64,000 bases of DNA from Octopus vulgaris (Eukaryota). The stretch spans positions 127,720,001-127,784,000 of the forward strand of contig OX597817.1 in NCBI GenBank assembly GCA_951406725.2, read 5' to 3'. Positions 28,927 to 40,592 of the stretch are shown in pieces. Both the position numbers and the translations under genes were made by a program. Each line of letters starts with the position of its first letter. Positions within the stretch are counted from its first letter, which is position 1. Under the pieces are notes generated by a model. The model ran no database searches and was not told the DNA's origin. It saw only the letters and a list, made by a program, of their open reading frames with translations.

Positions 28927-28976
28927 TTTGTCAGTGAACAGGTCGCGGATTTTAGCGACGAAAATATTTTGACAAA
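28927..28976 (+). ncRNA. Minimal type I hammerhead ribozyme-like motif, G3-C8 variant (right arm)
   Basis: TTTGTCA (stem I) GTGAACA (core) G GTCGC-ggatttta-GCGAC (stem II) GAA AATATT (palindromic stem III) T TGACAAA (stem I'). Confidence 0.65.
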
Positions 28977-29289
28977 TTAAACTTAAATGTTGGAGTGAAT
29001 CGAACGGCTTTTGTGTGTTTCTTAAATGGCTTATAAACACCTCCCACGCTGCAATTATATATATATATATAAACCACTTTAACTGAAATACAGTTTCCCC
29101 AAAATAAAAATATCTAATATATTAAATGTAAATATCAGTGTGCCAGTGTGTCACACTTTTCAACTTTACTCCTAGAGGCAGTAGCCCAGCATATCATGCC
29201 ATTTTGGAACCGAGGGAAATCCGGACCTGCGATCCGAAATTTTGGATTCCTATGTCTTCATTACTGCGAATGTTTTTGGCGATTTGTTT

Positions 29290-29388
29290 TACAGGATTTA
29301 TAGCGTCAACTCTGGAGGAAGCAAATGCAACAAATTCTTCAAAACAAGTCAGAGTTCTGTTTACAGATCTTCCCGTTCTGGTTTATTT

Positions 29389-29393
<5 letters not shown>
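29290..29393 (+). mobile_element. Short PLE-like terminal fragment with a decayed hammerhead
   Basis: aactct-GGAGGA-AG...CTT-CAAAAC-AA-GTC-agagtt at 29308-29356 (6-bp stem I; cgaaac apparently decayed to caaaac), tail into (TA)n. Confidence 0.4.
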
Positions 29394-29434
<41 letters not shown>

Positions 29435-29566
29435 ATCGAGAAGGTTGAGATCTGGGTTGTTACTGGGTTAAATGTTGGCCCTCGCAAAAATTGGCACTTT
29501 CTCACCAAAGAAAGCCAGTATTGCTTCTGACCTGCATGGTGCAGAATCCTGGATAAGCACCACATT

Positions 29567-29754
29567 CTTTTCTACTCTAGGCACAAGACTCACGATTTTA
29601 GCCCCAGTAGATCGACCCGAGTATGCAACTGGTACTTAATTTCTCGACCCCAAAAGAATGAAAGGCAAAGTCGACCACGGCGGAATTTGAACTGAGACGA
29701 AATGCCGCTAAGCATTTCGCCCGACGTGCTAATGTTTCTGTCAGCTCGCCGCCT
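29567..29754 (-). mobile_element. SINE family B with 13-bp target-site duplication
   Basis: TSD TAAGCACCACATT at 29554-29566 and 29755-29767; inserted in the DD37D-like transposase. Confidence 0.9.
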
Positions 29755-30576
29755 TAAGCACCACATTTTTAAGCCCAATCATTTGTTTCATCCGAAGTAA
29801 CAGAGAGTTCTTCATGATATTCTGACAAACCTTTCTGCCGATCTTCAAGCCAGATTCAATGAAGTGTGGATTCATGAAAATTCCATCACTCGCCACGGCA
29901 CCAACTATCATCGCAGATGCGGGATTCTTAGTCTCAAACACAGGAGGGATGTCAGAAGGGTTGTATGCAATCACTCGAGAATTTATGCGATTCACCTCAG
30001 CGTCTACTCTGAACTTCTCATCCACAAGCACGACAGTTTTTCCTGTACCTTGCTTGATGTATAACAGAGGCTTTGAGCATCTCTCGGCTCTTATTGCTTT
30101 GGCTTTGGCTGATAAATGGGACGGAGTCGTCGAACAAAACTATGCATGCCAAGATTACTGTTCACAACTTTGGACACCGTCGAAAGGGAAACATTGCGTT
30201 TCTGAGCAAGAGAGGACACACTTGCAAAAAAGGACACATTTGTAAAAAGGACAGATTGCGTTTCTTTACAATTGGATTCAATTAAGCGTTTCAGGCCAGC
30301 GAGAAACTTTGGATTGTCGCAGCTCGTGACCAATCCATCTCAGCCGGTATTCCTTTATCCTTGTGCTCATTCGCTTTTCGTCAGCCATTTGGTACATGAT
30401 ATCATTGGAAACATGGTCGTTATAGAATATCTGATAGGCTAAATAATATAAATAAATCCTGGAGTCAATGTCAATAACTTTTACCCTCTACGTAAAAATA
30501 AATGATGGCCTTACGTTAGAGATCAATATGTTTCGAAATATGCGAGAAAAACAAGGGTTAGTATTTTAATTCTTTC

Positions 30577-30610
<34 letters not shown>

Positions 30611-30816
30611 TGTGCGTGCGTGTGTGTAAGTCTATACGCAATAGAGACTATCAAGGTAATTAGATTGATCATCAGAATGTTGGAATGCTGGCAGTATACA
30701 GCAGCGAATGTGCAATTAGCTTTTCCTGCTCTGTCGGCGCATATCCCAGCCAACTTGTCGCTATTGTATCATTTAAGATTTTATGTCAAGAGGTTAATTT
30801 GCTATGTATATTCACT

Positions 30817-30886
30817 GATCATCATCAGTATCATAGTCGTCATCATCCTGATCATCATAATCAACATCGTCGTCGTCGTCATCATC

Positions 30887-30936
<50 letters not shown>

Positions 30937-31045
30937 GATCATCATCTTTATCATCATCATCATCACTACCTTGGTCGTCGTCATCATCATTATCATCATC
31001 AGCATCATTACCACTATCATCATCAGCAGCATGAATTACATCGTA

Positions 31046-31094
<49 letters not shown>

Positions 31095-31125
31095 ATTATC
31101 ATTATTGTTGTTGTTGTTGTTACTA

Positions 31126-31185
<60 letters not shown>
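30817..31185. repeat. Compound (CAT)n/(TAT)n trinucleotide microsatellite
   Basis: Direct reading; explains the poly-H, poly-I, poly-M and poly-D ORFs. Confidence 0.95.
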
Positions 31186-31187
<2 letters not shown>

Positions 31188-31529
31188 TCGGTCTCACTTC
31201 AGTAAACCGAGAAACATTTATCATTATCATTTGCTCAGGATAATTAAGATGAAAATAAAGAAGCAGGAAAAAAAATTATTATACGAAATAAGGATGGAGC
31301 ATAAACAACAAATATGTTAATGATAATAACATTAACAACACTAACGTCTCTAAAAACAACAACAATACACAACCTTATAAAATCGATTTTATCTGAAACA
31401 TTTATTTTCATTAATTACATAAGATACAATCGATATTCTGTCTCTATGGTGCGCTTCTAATATTAAAAAAAAGAAAATACAAATTATTCTATTCTTGTTC
31501 AGTCATTATTACTACTTCGAACGTTAGGT

Positions 31530-31730
31530 CAGTGGTTAGAGCGTCGAACAAAATGCATTGTGTTATTTGCACTAATTCTGAATTCTACATTCAAATCCAA
31601 ACGAGTTTAAATTGGCCTTTCATTCTTTCGGTGTCGATCATTTTGGGGTACTATTTAAGTTCAAGGGTGGAGTTAAATGACTAACCACTACTCCACAAAT
31701 TTCAGTCCTTGCAACTCTATGAGAAACAAT
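31530..31730 (+). mobile_element. SINE family B-related, diverged
   Basis: gtggttagagcgtcg...acattcaaatcc...ggcctttcattctttcggtgtcgat. Confidence 0.55.
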
Positions 31731-33270
31731 TATTACTTAGAATATTTTCAGGTGTTCGGATTCTCTACCGTTCGAGTAATTGCTCAGGTTATAAGCGGCA
31801 CGCAAGAGCGACGACGTATATTAGGAGATTATACGTGTCCACAAATTTCGACTGAACAGTCTATTTCAGAGACTAAGACGAATTTAAAAATCCTTTGCTT
31901 CTGAGATATTATCTGTGATAACTTTTAGGTTTGTTTTAAACTCCACCGAAATATAAATGCCTTCAAACAACCTATCGAAGATGCACACCGTACGTCTGAA
32001 CCGTTCTGGGAATATCTTTTTCAGTGTCAAAGCATTTTTTGATAAGACGGATTTTATCAAGCAGGTTGTGTCGCGCATAGGATCACTGTCCAATTTTTCT
32101 AGAGAGAGCAGGTAATTTTTTCTGACATTTTGTTTTAGACTAGAAGTCAATGGCAGCCACATTTCTCTCCGGTGAGGCCTCATCGATTTTCATTGTTCGA
32201 TATACAGAATAAGAGTGAGTTGAGAATTGCAGCATTCCTGTGAAAGGATTGAAATACAGGTGCAGCAGACGAGTTCGACTCGGTGAGGTTGTTCAGTTTG
32301 AGTGCATATAAATAAGCTCCAAAATATTGCTGGTGTAAGACAGTACAATTAACCCTGGAAGCAAGAATAATAAAGAATGTATAGCTTTCTTGGTTTAATT
32401 CTAGGTGAATATTCCTCAACTGGGGTGCTTTATTTCCTGTTGCATTTCATGTATGTTACCACATTCGGTTCTATGTAAACCTTCACTGCTTTTGTAATTT
32501 GTCATTGTATTGTCTTCGCCTCTGCTTCGCTTTTGGCTTGTAACAACGAAGAAATCGCAGAAAATAGCATGGTTGGTGGTTTGATTTTATACCTTCTTCT
32601 AGGTGCCGAAAAGTGGTAATATGTTGCGTGTATGTTGGACAGTTTCACTCAGAGTACCATTTTACTACCCCACCTCTACCCCCTCTCTCTGCCCCTCACT
32701 TAGGCTGTATCACTATATACAGGAGACTCCTTTACTCTATACATTCTCATACCTTTCTCTCTCTATCACCCATCAACCCCATTCCTTCTGACATTCCTTT
32801 ACTCTTTACCCTATCATCTTTTCTACACTCTCATATTTTTCTCTCTCTATCACCCTCACCTCTCCATTCCTTCTATCAATTTATCTTGACTGACTTTCCC
32901 TCTTCATTGCTTTTCCTTTTTCGTTTTCTTTATTTCCTTTTTGTCTTTTTTCTTTTTATTATTTTCTTTGTTCCTCTTTTACTGTTTAGATTTGGCCTTA
33001 CAAATACATTCCCAACCTTTAAGTTACTTTAAATAAAACCCTCGATTCAATAACTCGGTGTACAAACTCTATACTTGGAATTATCAATTTTAAATATTAT
33101 AGGAACTTACTCACAAGGAACTGGAATCTTATATGTATACTATTCTGCCTAAATAATGAATCTACAAATGCAATATCCCTACATATCTCACGTCTATTTT
33201 CATTCCTCCACTTCACTCTCTGTTTCATATCTTATCTAGAATAACTATTGCATAACAATTTTCTCGCATC

Positions 33271-33318
33271 GTCTCCGATGAAGGGATATATAAAATATCC
33301 CGGAAACAGCTGTAAGAC
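33271..33318 (+). ncRNA. Minimal hammerhead ribozyme-like motif (C4 variant) in a probable PLE terminus
   Basis: gtct-CCGATGA-A-GGGATAT-ataaa-ATATCCC-G-GAA-ACAGCTGT (palindrome)-A-agac; GUA cleavage triplet. Confidence 0.65.
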
Positions 33319-33532
33319 CTTCTATTTATAAATATTCTGAAATCTTTCTCAGCCTTTGATTTTTTTACTCATTCTGTTAATTTCTATATATACACATGCT
33401 GATATATGTCCTACGTTGGACGCCACATTCGCATAATCACCGAACCTGGAGCTTAACTATAGTCTATCCATAGCACTTACTCAGCATTACCTGACACATT
33501 TGGGTCTTATTGACACCATTAACTCTCATAAC

Positions 33533-33588
<56 letters not shown>

Positions 33589-33619
33589 TACATAAGGAGA
33601 AAGAGAGGGAGTGAGACAT

Positions 33620-33830
33620 CAAAAGGATCCCATCACCTTTAAACGGAATCTGGACAAATTTCTTCAAAGGATACCAGATAACCCACATATACCTAGATAC
33701 AACTAACTCAACAAGAGCTCCCTACTCAAATGGGCCATGATACCACAAAACTGGGGCTAAAAAGGATTTAGCAAATCCTATCAGGTGATGCTATTAAGTT
33801 GGACGTGGCATGGGATAATCTTTAGTCGAA
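33620..33830 (+). mobile_element. CR1-clade LINE 3' fragment
   Basis: KDPITFKRNLDKFLQRIPDNPHIPRY..NKSSLLKW resembles the CR1-type ORF2 C-terminus FK..LD.FL..IPD.P....NSL. Confidence 0.6.
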
Positions 33831-33856
33831 ACATATCAAAGTTATCCAAGTTATCT

Positions 33857-33926
<70 letters not shown>

Positions 33927-33927
33927 T

Positions 33928-33962
<35 letters not shown>

Positions 33963-34020
33963 TGATTGATTGATTGATTGATAGATAGATAGATAGATAG
34001 ATAAATGGATGGATAGATAA

Positions 34021-34085
<65 letters not shown>

Positions 34086-34090
34086 CAGAC
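33857..34090. repeat. (GATA)n microsatellite
   Basis: Direct reading. Confidence 0.95.
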
Positions 34091-34849
34091 AGATGATTGT
34101 TGGATAAATAGGGAGATAGATAGATTGATAGACAGATATATAGATAGAAACATACATATATACACCCATACACGCATGCATACATACAATCTAAAATGCA
34201 CGAATGCATAAATACATATATACATACATAAGACACTAACACATTACAAGATTTCTTCGAAATTTTGAATATATCGAATTCTCCTGATGTTTCCGGTGAC
34301 ATTGCTGTCACAAACCAGTAGCCTGAGATGTTCCTTTGTCGATCACACCAACACTTCCACATAACATTCCATTCAGGAAAACTTCAAGTATACTCTGCCG
34401 AATGTTGCAATGTCTTAAACGACATAATTGTATAACAATTATAATAGGTAAACTGCACTGTATTTTCCTTACTTCACGGTGTCATTAACAATTATTTACT
34501 AAATATCTTGAATCGAGATTTTATAGGTTTGTCATGTTTCGTCTTATGCCTCCTGGCCCTTTCAATGCGGAGTGCATTCTAAAAAAAATTGTTTGACCAA
34601 AATCATCCAGTAAGTGAATTAAGTTAGCGTTGAGGAAATATATGACTTTCGACACGTTGGACATGTTATGATATATAATTGCAAAATACAATCAATTTAG
34701 ATATCCATTAGCTGAGACGTGATAATATTTTATGATTGTCACAACAACAAAAATATAACATAATATAGCTAGCTACGCGCAAGAACTTTTTTCAGTAAAC
34801 ATTCGTATGAGGCATTTTGGAAAACTTATGGTACTCTTATCGTTATCTC

Positions 34850-35217
34850 TTACATGTTTCAGTCATTTCACTTCAACCATGTCTTGAAGGGTTTTAGTCG
34901 AACAAATCGACCATAGGACTTAATTTTTGAAGCCTAGTACTTATTCTGTCAGACTCTTTCCCGAATCGCTAAGTTACGATGGCATCACTACCGATGTCAA
35001 GCGGTAGTGGGGGACAAATACAGACAGAGATACACACACACATAGATATATACATACATATATACGAGAACCTTCTTTCGGTTTCCGTCTACCAAGTTCA
35101 CTCACAAGACTTTGGTCGGCCGTGGTTATAGTAAAATATATTTTTGCCCAAGGTGCCACGTAGCTGTATCCTTGTGGTTGGGAAGCAAGCTTTCTACCAC
35201 ACGTGCACGCCTGCGCC
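34850..35217 (-). mobile_element. SINE family A, older copy
   Basis: tgtttcagtcattt...aagcctagtacttattct...ttccgtctacca...gcccaaggtgccacg...cctgcgcc. Confidence 0.8.
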
Positions 35218-35971
35218 CAGTGAAAGTTATATGAACTTCTGATTATAAAAACATCGAAAATAAGGGGGAAAATTCGATAAACGTTTCTGAAATTGCTGGT
35301 CAAGCAATTTGCAAAAAAATGTTACCCGTCAATTGACGCCCCTCATTTTTTCATATTATATCTTCGTACTTAAGAGGATTGTAACTATCTTTTCGTCTTC
35401 TTTCTTGACTATTTGTTGGTCAAGGGGCATGCAACATCTTCTTTATAACATATGTTGTGCATCTTGTCCCCCACCACTAGACCTGGTCTCCGATTTTGCT
35501 AGTCCCCGACTCCGCCACTCTCTGCGGCTTGTGCTTATATAACCTCTTGCCTCTCTAGCCCCCACTAGCCGCAGTTTCCAATGTAGCACTTTCGCTACCT
35601 GATCGTGTCGCCACAACTTGTAGTGGATTGGGCAAGTCTAGAGCATTCGTTTGTGATATGGGCAATGGTTTCATCCACTCCATTGCAGATATCATCATCA
35701 TCATCATCATCAACATTATCATCAATATTATCATAATTATTATTATTAATATTATTATTATTATCCTTATCATTATTATTTTTGTTTTTGTTGTTGTTGT
35801 TATTATCATTATTATTAGTATTAAGGGTGAGCTGAGTTAGAGGTTAAAATAACCGTCTAAGGGATAAGATGGGACGCAGTCTATTTGTATTGAATTAATA
35901 AATAACAATTGATGTAAGTCAATTGTTGTTGATCAATATTTCTCTATTTTCTGTTTGCTTCTGTTCTTCTT

Positions 35972-36053
<82 letters not shown>

Positions 36054-36054
<1 letters not shown>

Positions 36055-37661
36055 TTTTTTTTTCTTCTTTCAAATTTTCTTCCATTTCTTGCCGAGTGTC
36101 TTCCCGACTCCTAGGGCAAAGAAACTCATAGTGTATATTGGTAGGCCATTAAACCAAACTCAGTAGTTCGTTCATTTTTTTTTTTTTTTTAAGTTAAATT
36201 AAAATACATGAGCAGCAACAGTTCGCACATCGACAATGCTCTTCTCAATACGTGTGATGTACCAGTTAAGACAATCTTTTGCACTTCTTGCAGGGATGGT
36301 AAGCCAGGGACCATTCTCATATAATTTTCGGTTCCCTTCTTGATCATTCCTAGTGCTCCTACGATCACTGGTATTGTAACCGCCTTGAGATGCCACATTT
36401 TCTCAATTTCAATGAGTAGGTCTTTATATTTTCTGAGCTTGTCAAACTCTTTCGCTGAGCTATTATGATCACAGGGGATGCTCATGTCGATCAATAAGCA
36501 AACTTTATTGTTTTGGTCTTTCACAACAATATCTGGTTTATTGGCCTTGATGGTTCGGTCTGTATGTACTGGAAAGTCCCACAGAATGGTTACATTTTCT
36601 CCTTCAGTTACAGCCTCAGGGTGGTGATTATACCACTTGTCGGCAGTTTTGATATTGTAATGCCGACTTATTAGCCAGTGGAGATATTGGCCAACTCTGT
36701 CAAGTCTTAATTTATACTCCACTGGTGCTAAGACTTTACATCCAGAGATTAGGTGGTCCACTGTTTCAATCCTGTCGTTGCAGAATCGGCATTTTGGGTC
36801 TGCTCCATTTTTCATCACATTGGCCTGGTAGTTCCGGGTTAATAGGCTTTGGTCTTGAGCAGCCAGGATGAAACCTTCACTCTCTGCTTTTAGCCCTGAG
36901 CTCCGCAGCCACTGATGGGTTTGCTTCTGGTCAACATCAGCTTGTTTGCTGCGGGTCACATATTTGCCGTGCAGAGGTTTCTCCTCCCACCTATCAGCCA
37001 ATTGCTCGTGCGCTTTTTTCATTGCCATCATTTTCACCTTCTTTGCAACAATAGTTGCCGTACTTCCCTCGGGTTGTTCAGTTTGGGTATCCTGCACGAG
37101 ATCAATAGCAAATTTTTTGCTTTCCTTGATGATAGAATGAAGCTTCTTTCGTCTCTCGTGATTTTCCACGAGCTTTAGCATCCAGTCATTCGATATTTCG
37201 AGATATTTGGCCAGTCCAATTGTGGTTGTTTTGTAAGCTAGTTCAAATTGGATCAGGCCTCGACCTCCTTGGGCTCTGTGAAGGTAAAGGCGATCTACGT
37301 CTGCCTTTGGGTGGTGCATCCTATTACAACTCAGCAGCTTGCGTATTTTTCTATCTATATTCTTTACTTCACTCATATTCCAGTTCAACACATTGTAGCT
37401 ATAAGTAACAAATGGAACTGCTAAGGAATTTATAGCTAACACCTTGTTACGTGCATTTAGTTCAGATTTCAGGACTGCACGAACTCTCCTATAACATTCC
37501 TTCCTGATTTTCTCATTCATGCTTGCATGCTGAATACCAGAGCCTTCATTTATCCCTAAATATTTGTATGTTTGTTCCTGCTCAAGCTCTCTTATGACTG
37601 TGTCAACATCTAACACGACTGAATTTGTGGTCTTCACTTTCCCTTTCTGGAAAGTGGCCTT
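36054..37661 (-). mobile_element. R4/Dong-clade LINE, 5'-truncated 3' part inserted in (TAA)n
   Basis: Contains the open 482-aa ORF and 3' UTR; (TTA)n at 36001-36053 and from 37711. Confidence 0.93.
36189..37637 (-). CDS. C-terminal part of R4/Dong ORF: RT thumb, CCHC zinc knuckle, restriction-like endonuclease
   Basis: YKYLGI, RLYLHRAQGGRGL, AAQDQSL, CRFCNDRIETVDHLISGC (CCHC), ILWD...NKPDIVVKD...LIDMSIP...KLRKYKDL (PD-D/ExK RLE), PVIVGALG. Confidence 0.9.
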   Translation of the reverse strand: MKTTNSVVLDVDTVIRELEQEQTYKYLGINEGSGIQHASMNEKIRKECYRRVRAVLKSELNARNKVLAINSLAVPFVTYSYNVLNWNMSEVKNIDRKIRKLLSCNRMHHPKADVDRLYLHRAQGGRGLIQFELAYKTTTIGLAKYLEISNDWMLKLVENHERRKKLHSIIKESKKFAIDLVQDTQTEQPEGSTATIVAKKVKMMAMKKAHEQLADRWEEKPLHGKYVTRSKQADVDQKQTHQWLRSSGLKAESEGFILAAQDQSLLTRNYQANVMKNGADPKCRFCNDRIETVDHLISGCKVLAPVEYKLRLDRVGQYLHWLISRHYNIKTADKWYNHHPEAVTEGENVTILWDFPVHTDRTIKANKPDIVVKDQNNKVCLLIDMSIPCDHNSSAKEFDKLRKYKDLLIEIEKMWHLKAVTIPVIVGALGMIKKGTENYMRMVPGLPSLQEVQKIVLTGTSHVLRRALSMCELLLLMYFNLT

Positions 37662-37723
37662 TCTGGACTTTCCTTTCTTTTTCCTTTTTCACTTTCCTTT
37701 TTCACTTTCCATTATTATTATTA

Positions 37724-37797
<74 letters not shown>

Positions 37798-37819
37798 GTT
37801 ATTAATATTATTATTATTC

Positions 37820-38509
37820 AGTAGTTTTATTTTGATAGCGTGCTCTCACTTCACTACCGAGCGCAGCTCTGTGTGCCTTAGGTGTGTGCTGTGATTTGTT
37901 GTGATGCTCTGATTGTTATTGTATGGAAAGTGTTCTGCGTAGGATGTGTGCAGTGCTTAGTAGTGCAATTTTCTGTTTGTTATATGTGTTTGTAAGTCCT
38001 GGTGTTTTTGTTATGTATTTTTTTGAATATTTTTTATCATGCCTAGTGCACCTACTATGATAGGAATTGTTTCTGTTTTTAGATTCCACATTCTGGTTAC
38101 CTCTATTTCCAGGTCTTTGTATTTTGAGAGTTTCTCCATTTCTTTTAGAGACACGTTGTCATCTGCCGGTATTGATACATCAATTAGAAAGCATTTTTTT
38201 CTTCATGATCTCTGACAACTATATCTGGTCTATTGGCCTTAATTTCTCTATCTGTGTGTATCGGCATATCCCAGAGTATGGTTGCTTTCTCGTTTTCTGT
38301 GACCTTTTCTGGTGTGTGCGTATACCATCTTTTTTCTGTTGTTATTCCATAATGTTGGCATAGCTTCCAATGTATGTAGGTTCCAACTCTGTCATGTCTG
38401 TGAATATATTACTTCTTAACCAGGACTGGGCAGCTAGAGATAATATGATTTATTGTTTCTTGTCCATCTCCACATATTCTGCAGTTACTAGTTATATTTC
38501 TTTTCATTA

Positions 38510-38510
<1 letters not shown>
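37820..38510 (-). mobile_element. Second, distinct R4/Dong-type LINE 3' fragment (RLE + 3' UTR) between (TAA)n tracts
   Basis: Minus translation TILWDMPIHTDREIKANRPDIVVRDHEE ... PIIVGALG ... KIALLSTAHILRRTLSIQ*; 3' UTR differs from 36054-36190; (TTA)n on both sides. Confidence 0.85.
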
Positions 38511-38582
<72 letters not shown>

Positions 38583-38629
38583 ATTATTATTATTATTATA
38601 ATTATTATTATTTATTTACTTTTAAGAAA

Positions 38630-38950
38630 CCGAGTCGGCAAAATCGTTATGGCGCCGGGTAAAATGCTTAGCGGTATTTTTCCCATTTTAAGTTCTGAGT
38701 TCAAATAAAGCCTAGGTCGAATTTGCCTTTTTATGGCGGTGAGCTGGCAGAATCGTTTGCATGCTGGACGGAATGCTTAGCCGTATTTCGCCCGTCCCTA
38801 CGTTCTGAACACAAATTCCGTAGTGTCGACTTTGCCTTTCATCCTTTCGGGTTCGATAAACTGAGTGCCAGTTGAGTACTGGCGTCAATGTAATCGACTA
38901 ACCCTCTCCCCTAAATTTCAAGCCTTGTGCCTATAGTTCAAAGGATTATC
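38630..38950 (+). mobile_element. Two tandem SINE family B copies (partial 38630-38730, full 38734-38950)
   Basis: Two successive heads (ggcaaaatcgtt / ggcggtgagctggcagaatcgtt) and the body gactttgcctttcatcctttcggg. Confidence 0.8.
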
Positions 38951-40550
38951 ATAATTATTGTTGTTGTTCTTCTTGTTGTTGCTGTTGTTACCTATTTTTA
39001 TGAAGTAATATTTTGTGTAATTTCAGAATTGGAACATTCCACGTACACATTTCCCTGCGTGCCGGACAGATCATCGTTTCCAAGTGAGTGTGGGGTGTTT
39101 CGAAGTTTTAAATATATCATATAAGCATTGGTAAATTTATAAATGAATATAAGAACACTGGAAAGGAATTGTAAACGCCACTGGATGCCCTTTATCTACT
39201 TTTATAAACTCATCATCCCTTACTCAGTTTATCTGATTCTTTGAAGCACTTCGTGCTGGCGACGAAAGTGAAATTTCCGAACCAGGGCTATCTGAGAATT
39301 AAATCTTCAAATTAAATTAGAATTCTAAGAGTGAATATAGGCAGAGGAAAAGATGTATATCATATTTAAGTAATTTAGAAAGAAAAGAGAAAAGTTGATA
39401 TTCTGCTAGAGATGCTTCTCTATTCTACAAGCAATGCAAAATTTTTTTTAAATGAGAACGAGTTTATATTATTCCTGATAAAAGAATTATGACACTCCAC
39501 ATTCTTTACTTGATCGTAACCAAAATTGCAAGTTTATTGAAGACGATAGTCACTAGAATTCAACCGTGAGGGGAACGTGGCTGAGTTTCAAGTAGCAAAA
39601 TAGCTCACACATACACACAGATATTTTAAACTTTAGATATTATCACGTATTTATTATAAGTTATAAATATATTTAAGTAATGCGTCGTATTGGCAGTGGA
39701 TATGGATAAATTATGAATTGCCTATTTACGCCATCTAGCTGCGTATATTTTTATTAAATATGATCTCACAAACTCTTTAACATTTTACTAGATAATAGCA
39801 CTCCAAATGAGCGTACTGATATTCAAATATCTAAATGTATTCCCCGTTGCTCTGTGGGTGAGTTTCGGTACTCAATCGATTGACTAAGTTTTTTATTGAA
39901 ATATGTTGAATGTTGCTGCTCGCACGTGATGTTTCGTCTTACTCGTAAGCTTTTGCCTTCCATGTACTACAGATTTTTCATTGCACTGTCTAGTTTCTCA
40001 GTATTTTTTATAATCATTGTGATGTACATAGAAATAGTGTTAGAGGATTAAATCTTCATGCCTTAAGCATGGCGATGCTTATCTGATTTATAGCTGATGA
40101 GATGTTTTTCTATATTCAGTTGACCTTTTCCACGATTCCACCTCTTCACTGGCAAAGAACCACTCGGTTATTTTTAAGAAACAAAAGTTTAGACCTCGCC
40201 TCAAATATTTTAGTGAAATTTCGCCTCCTCACTGGCAGATAACCGTGAAATATTGCGAGGGTAACACAGCATTTGGTAATTTCCGGTCGTTATGTTTTTA
40301 TTCACATTGTCCTTACAGAGAAACTATTCTCCAACAGAAGATAGAACAGTGAAAACTTTGAAAACTATAGTGCACAAGGACATGTTCAAAATAGAGGTAT
40401 ATATCTCAATTTTGATATGCACTGCATGGAAAGAGTCATTATCCACTCGCAAATGTATTATTTGCGGATATGTATATTATATCTATATACATCTAAGTTT
40501 CTATCTAACAAAATATATATAAATATATAGGTAGATATACACACACACAT

Positions 40551-40592
<42 letters not shown>

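Larger units (their letters stand above)
28477..29056. mobile_element. Foldback element: inverted 142-bp arms (28537-28678 / 28915-29056), probably inverted Penelope-type pLTRs, enclosing captured local DNA
   Basis: Arms read as reverse complements; each holds a hammerhead fold; both outer ends run into (TA)n; interior 28676-28898 is the reverse complement of 27525-27747. Confidence 0.8.
29200..30340 (-). mobile_element. Decayed Tc1/mariner (DD37D/maT-like) transposase, interrupted by a SINE and a PLE-like fragment
   Basis: DEKFRVDAEVNRINSR, TKNPASAMIVGAVASDG, GLKI, then past the SINE VVLIQDSAP...PSNNPDLNLLD; HTH-like N-terminus SVSSLAQKRNVSLSTVSKVV (30091-30333). Confidence 0.8.

Noticed and set aside
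31884-32419. Two minus ORFs with faint PLE N-terminal resemblance (IILASRVNCTVL, KLDSDP)
   Set aside because: Similarity too weak to call without a profile search.
24519-37670. Idea that the + strand 5' half (22236-24518) and the - strand 3' half (36054-37661) are one Dong element split by a 13-kb inversion
   Set aside because: The pieces are complementary in domain content, but the 3' piece has (TAA)n on both sides and its own stuttered 5' junction, as expected for an independent truncated insertion; the YMDD region is in neither.
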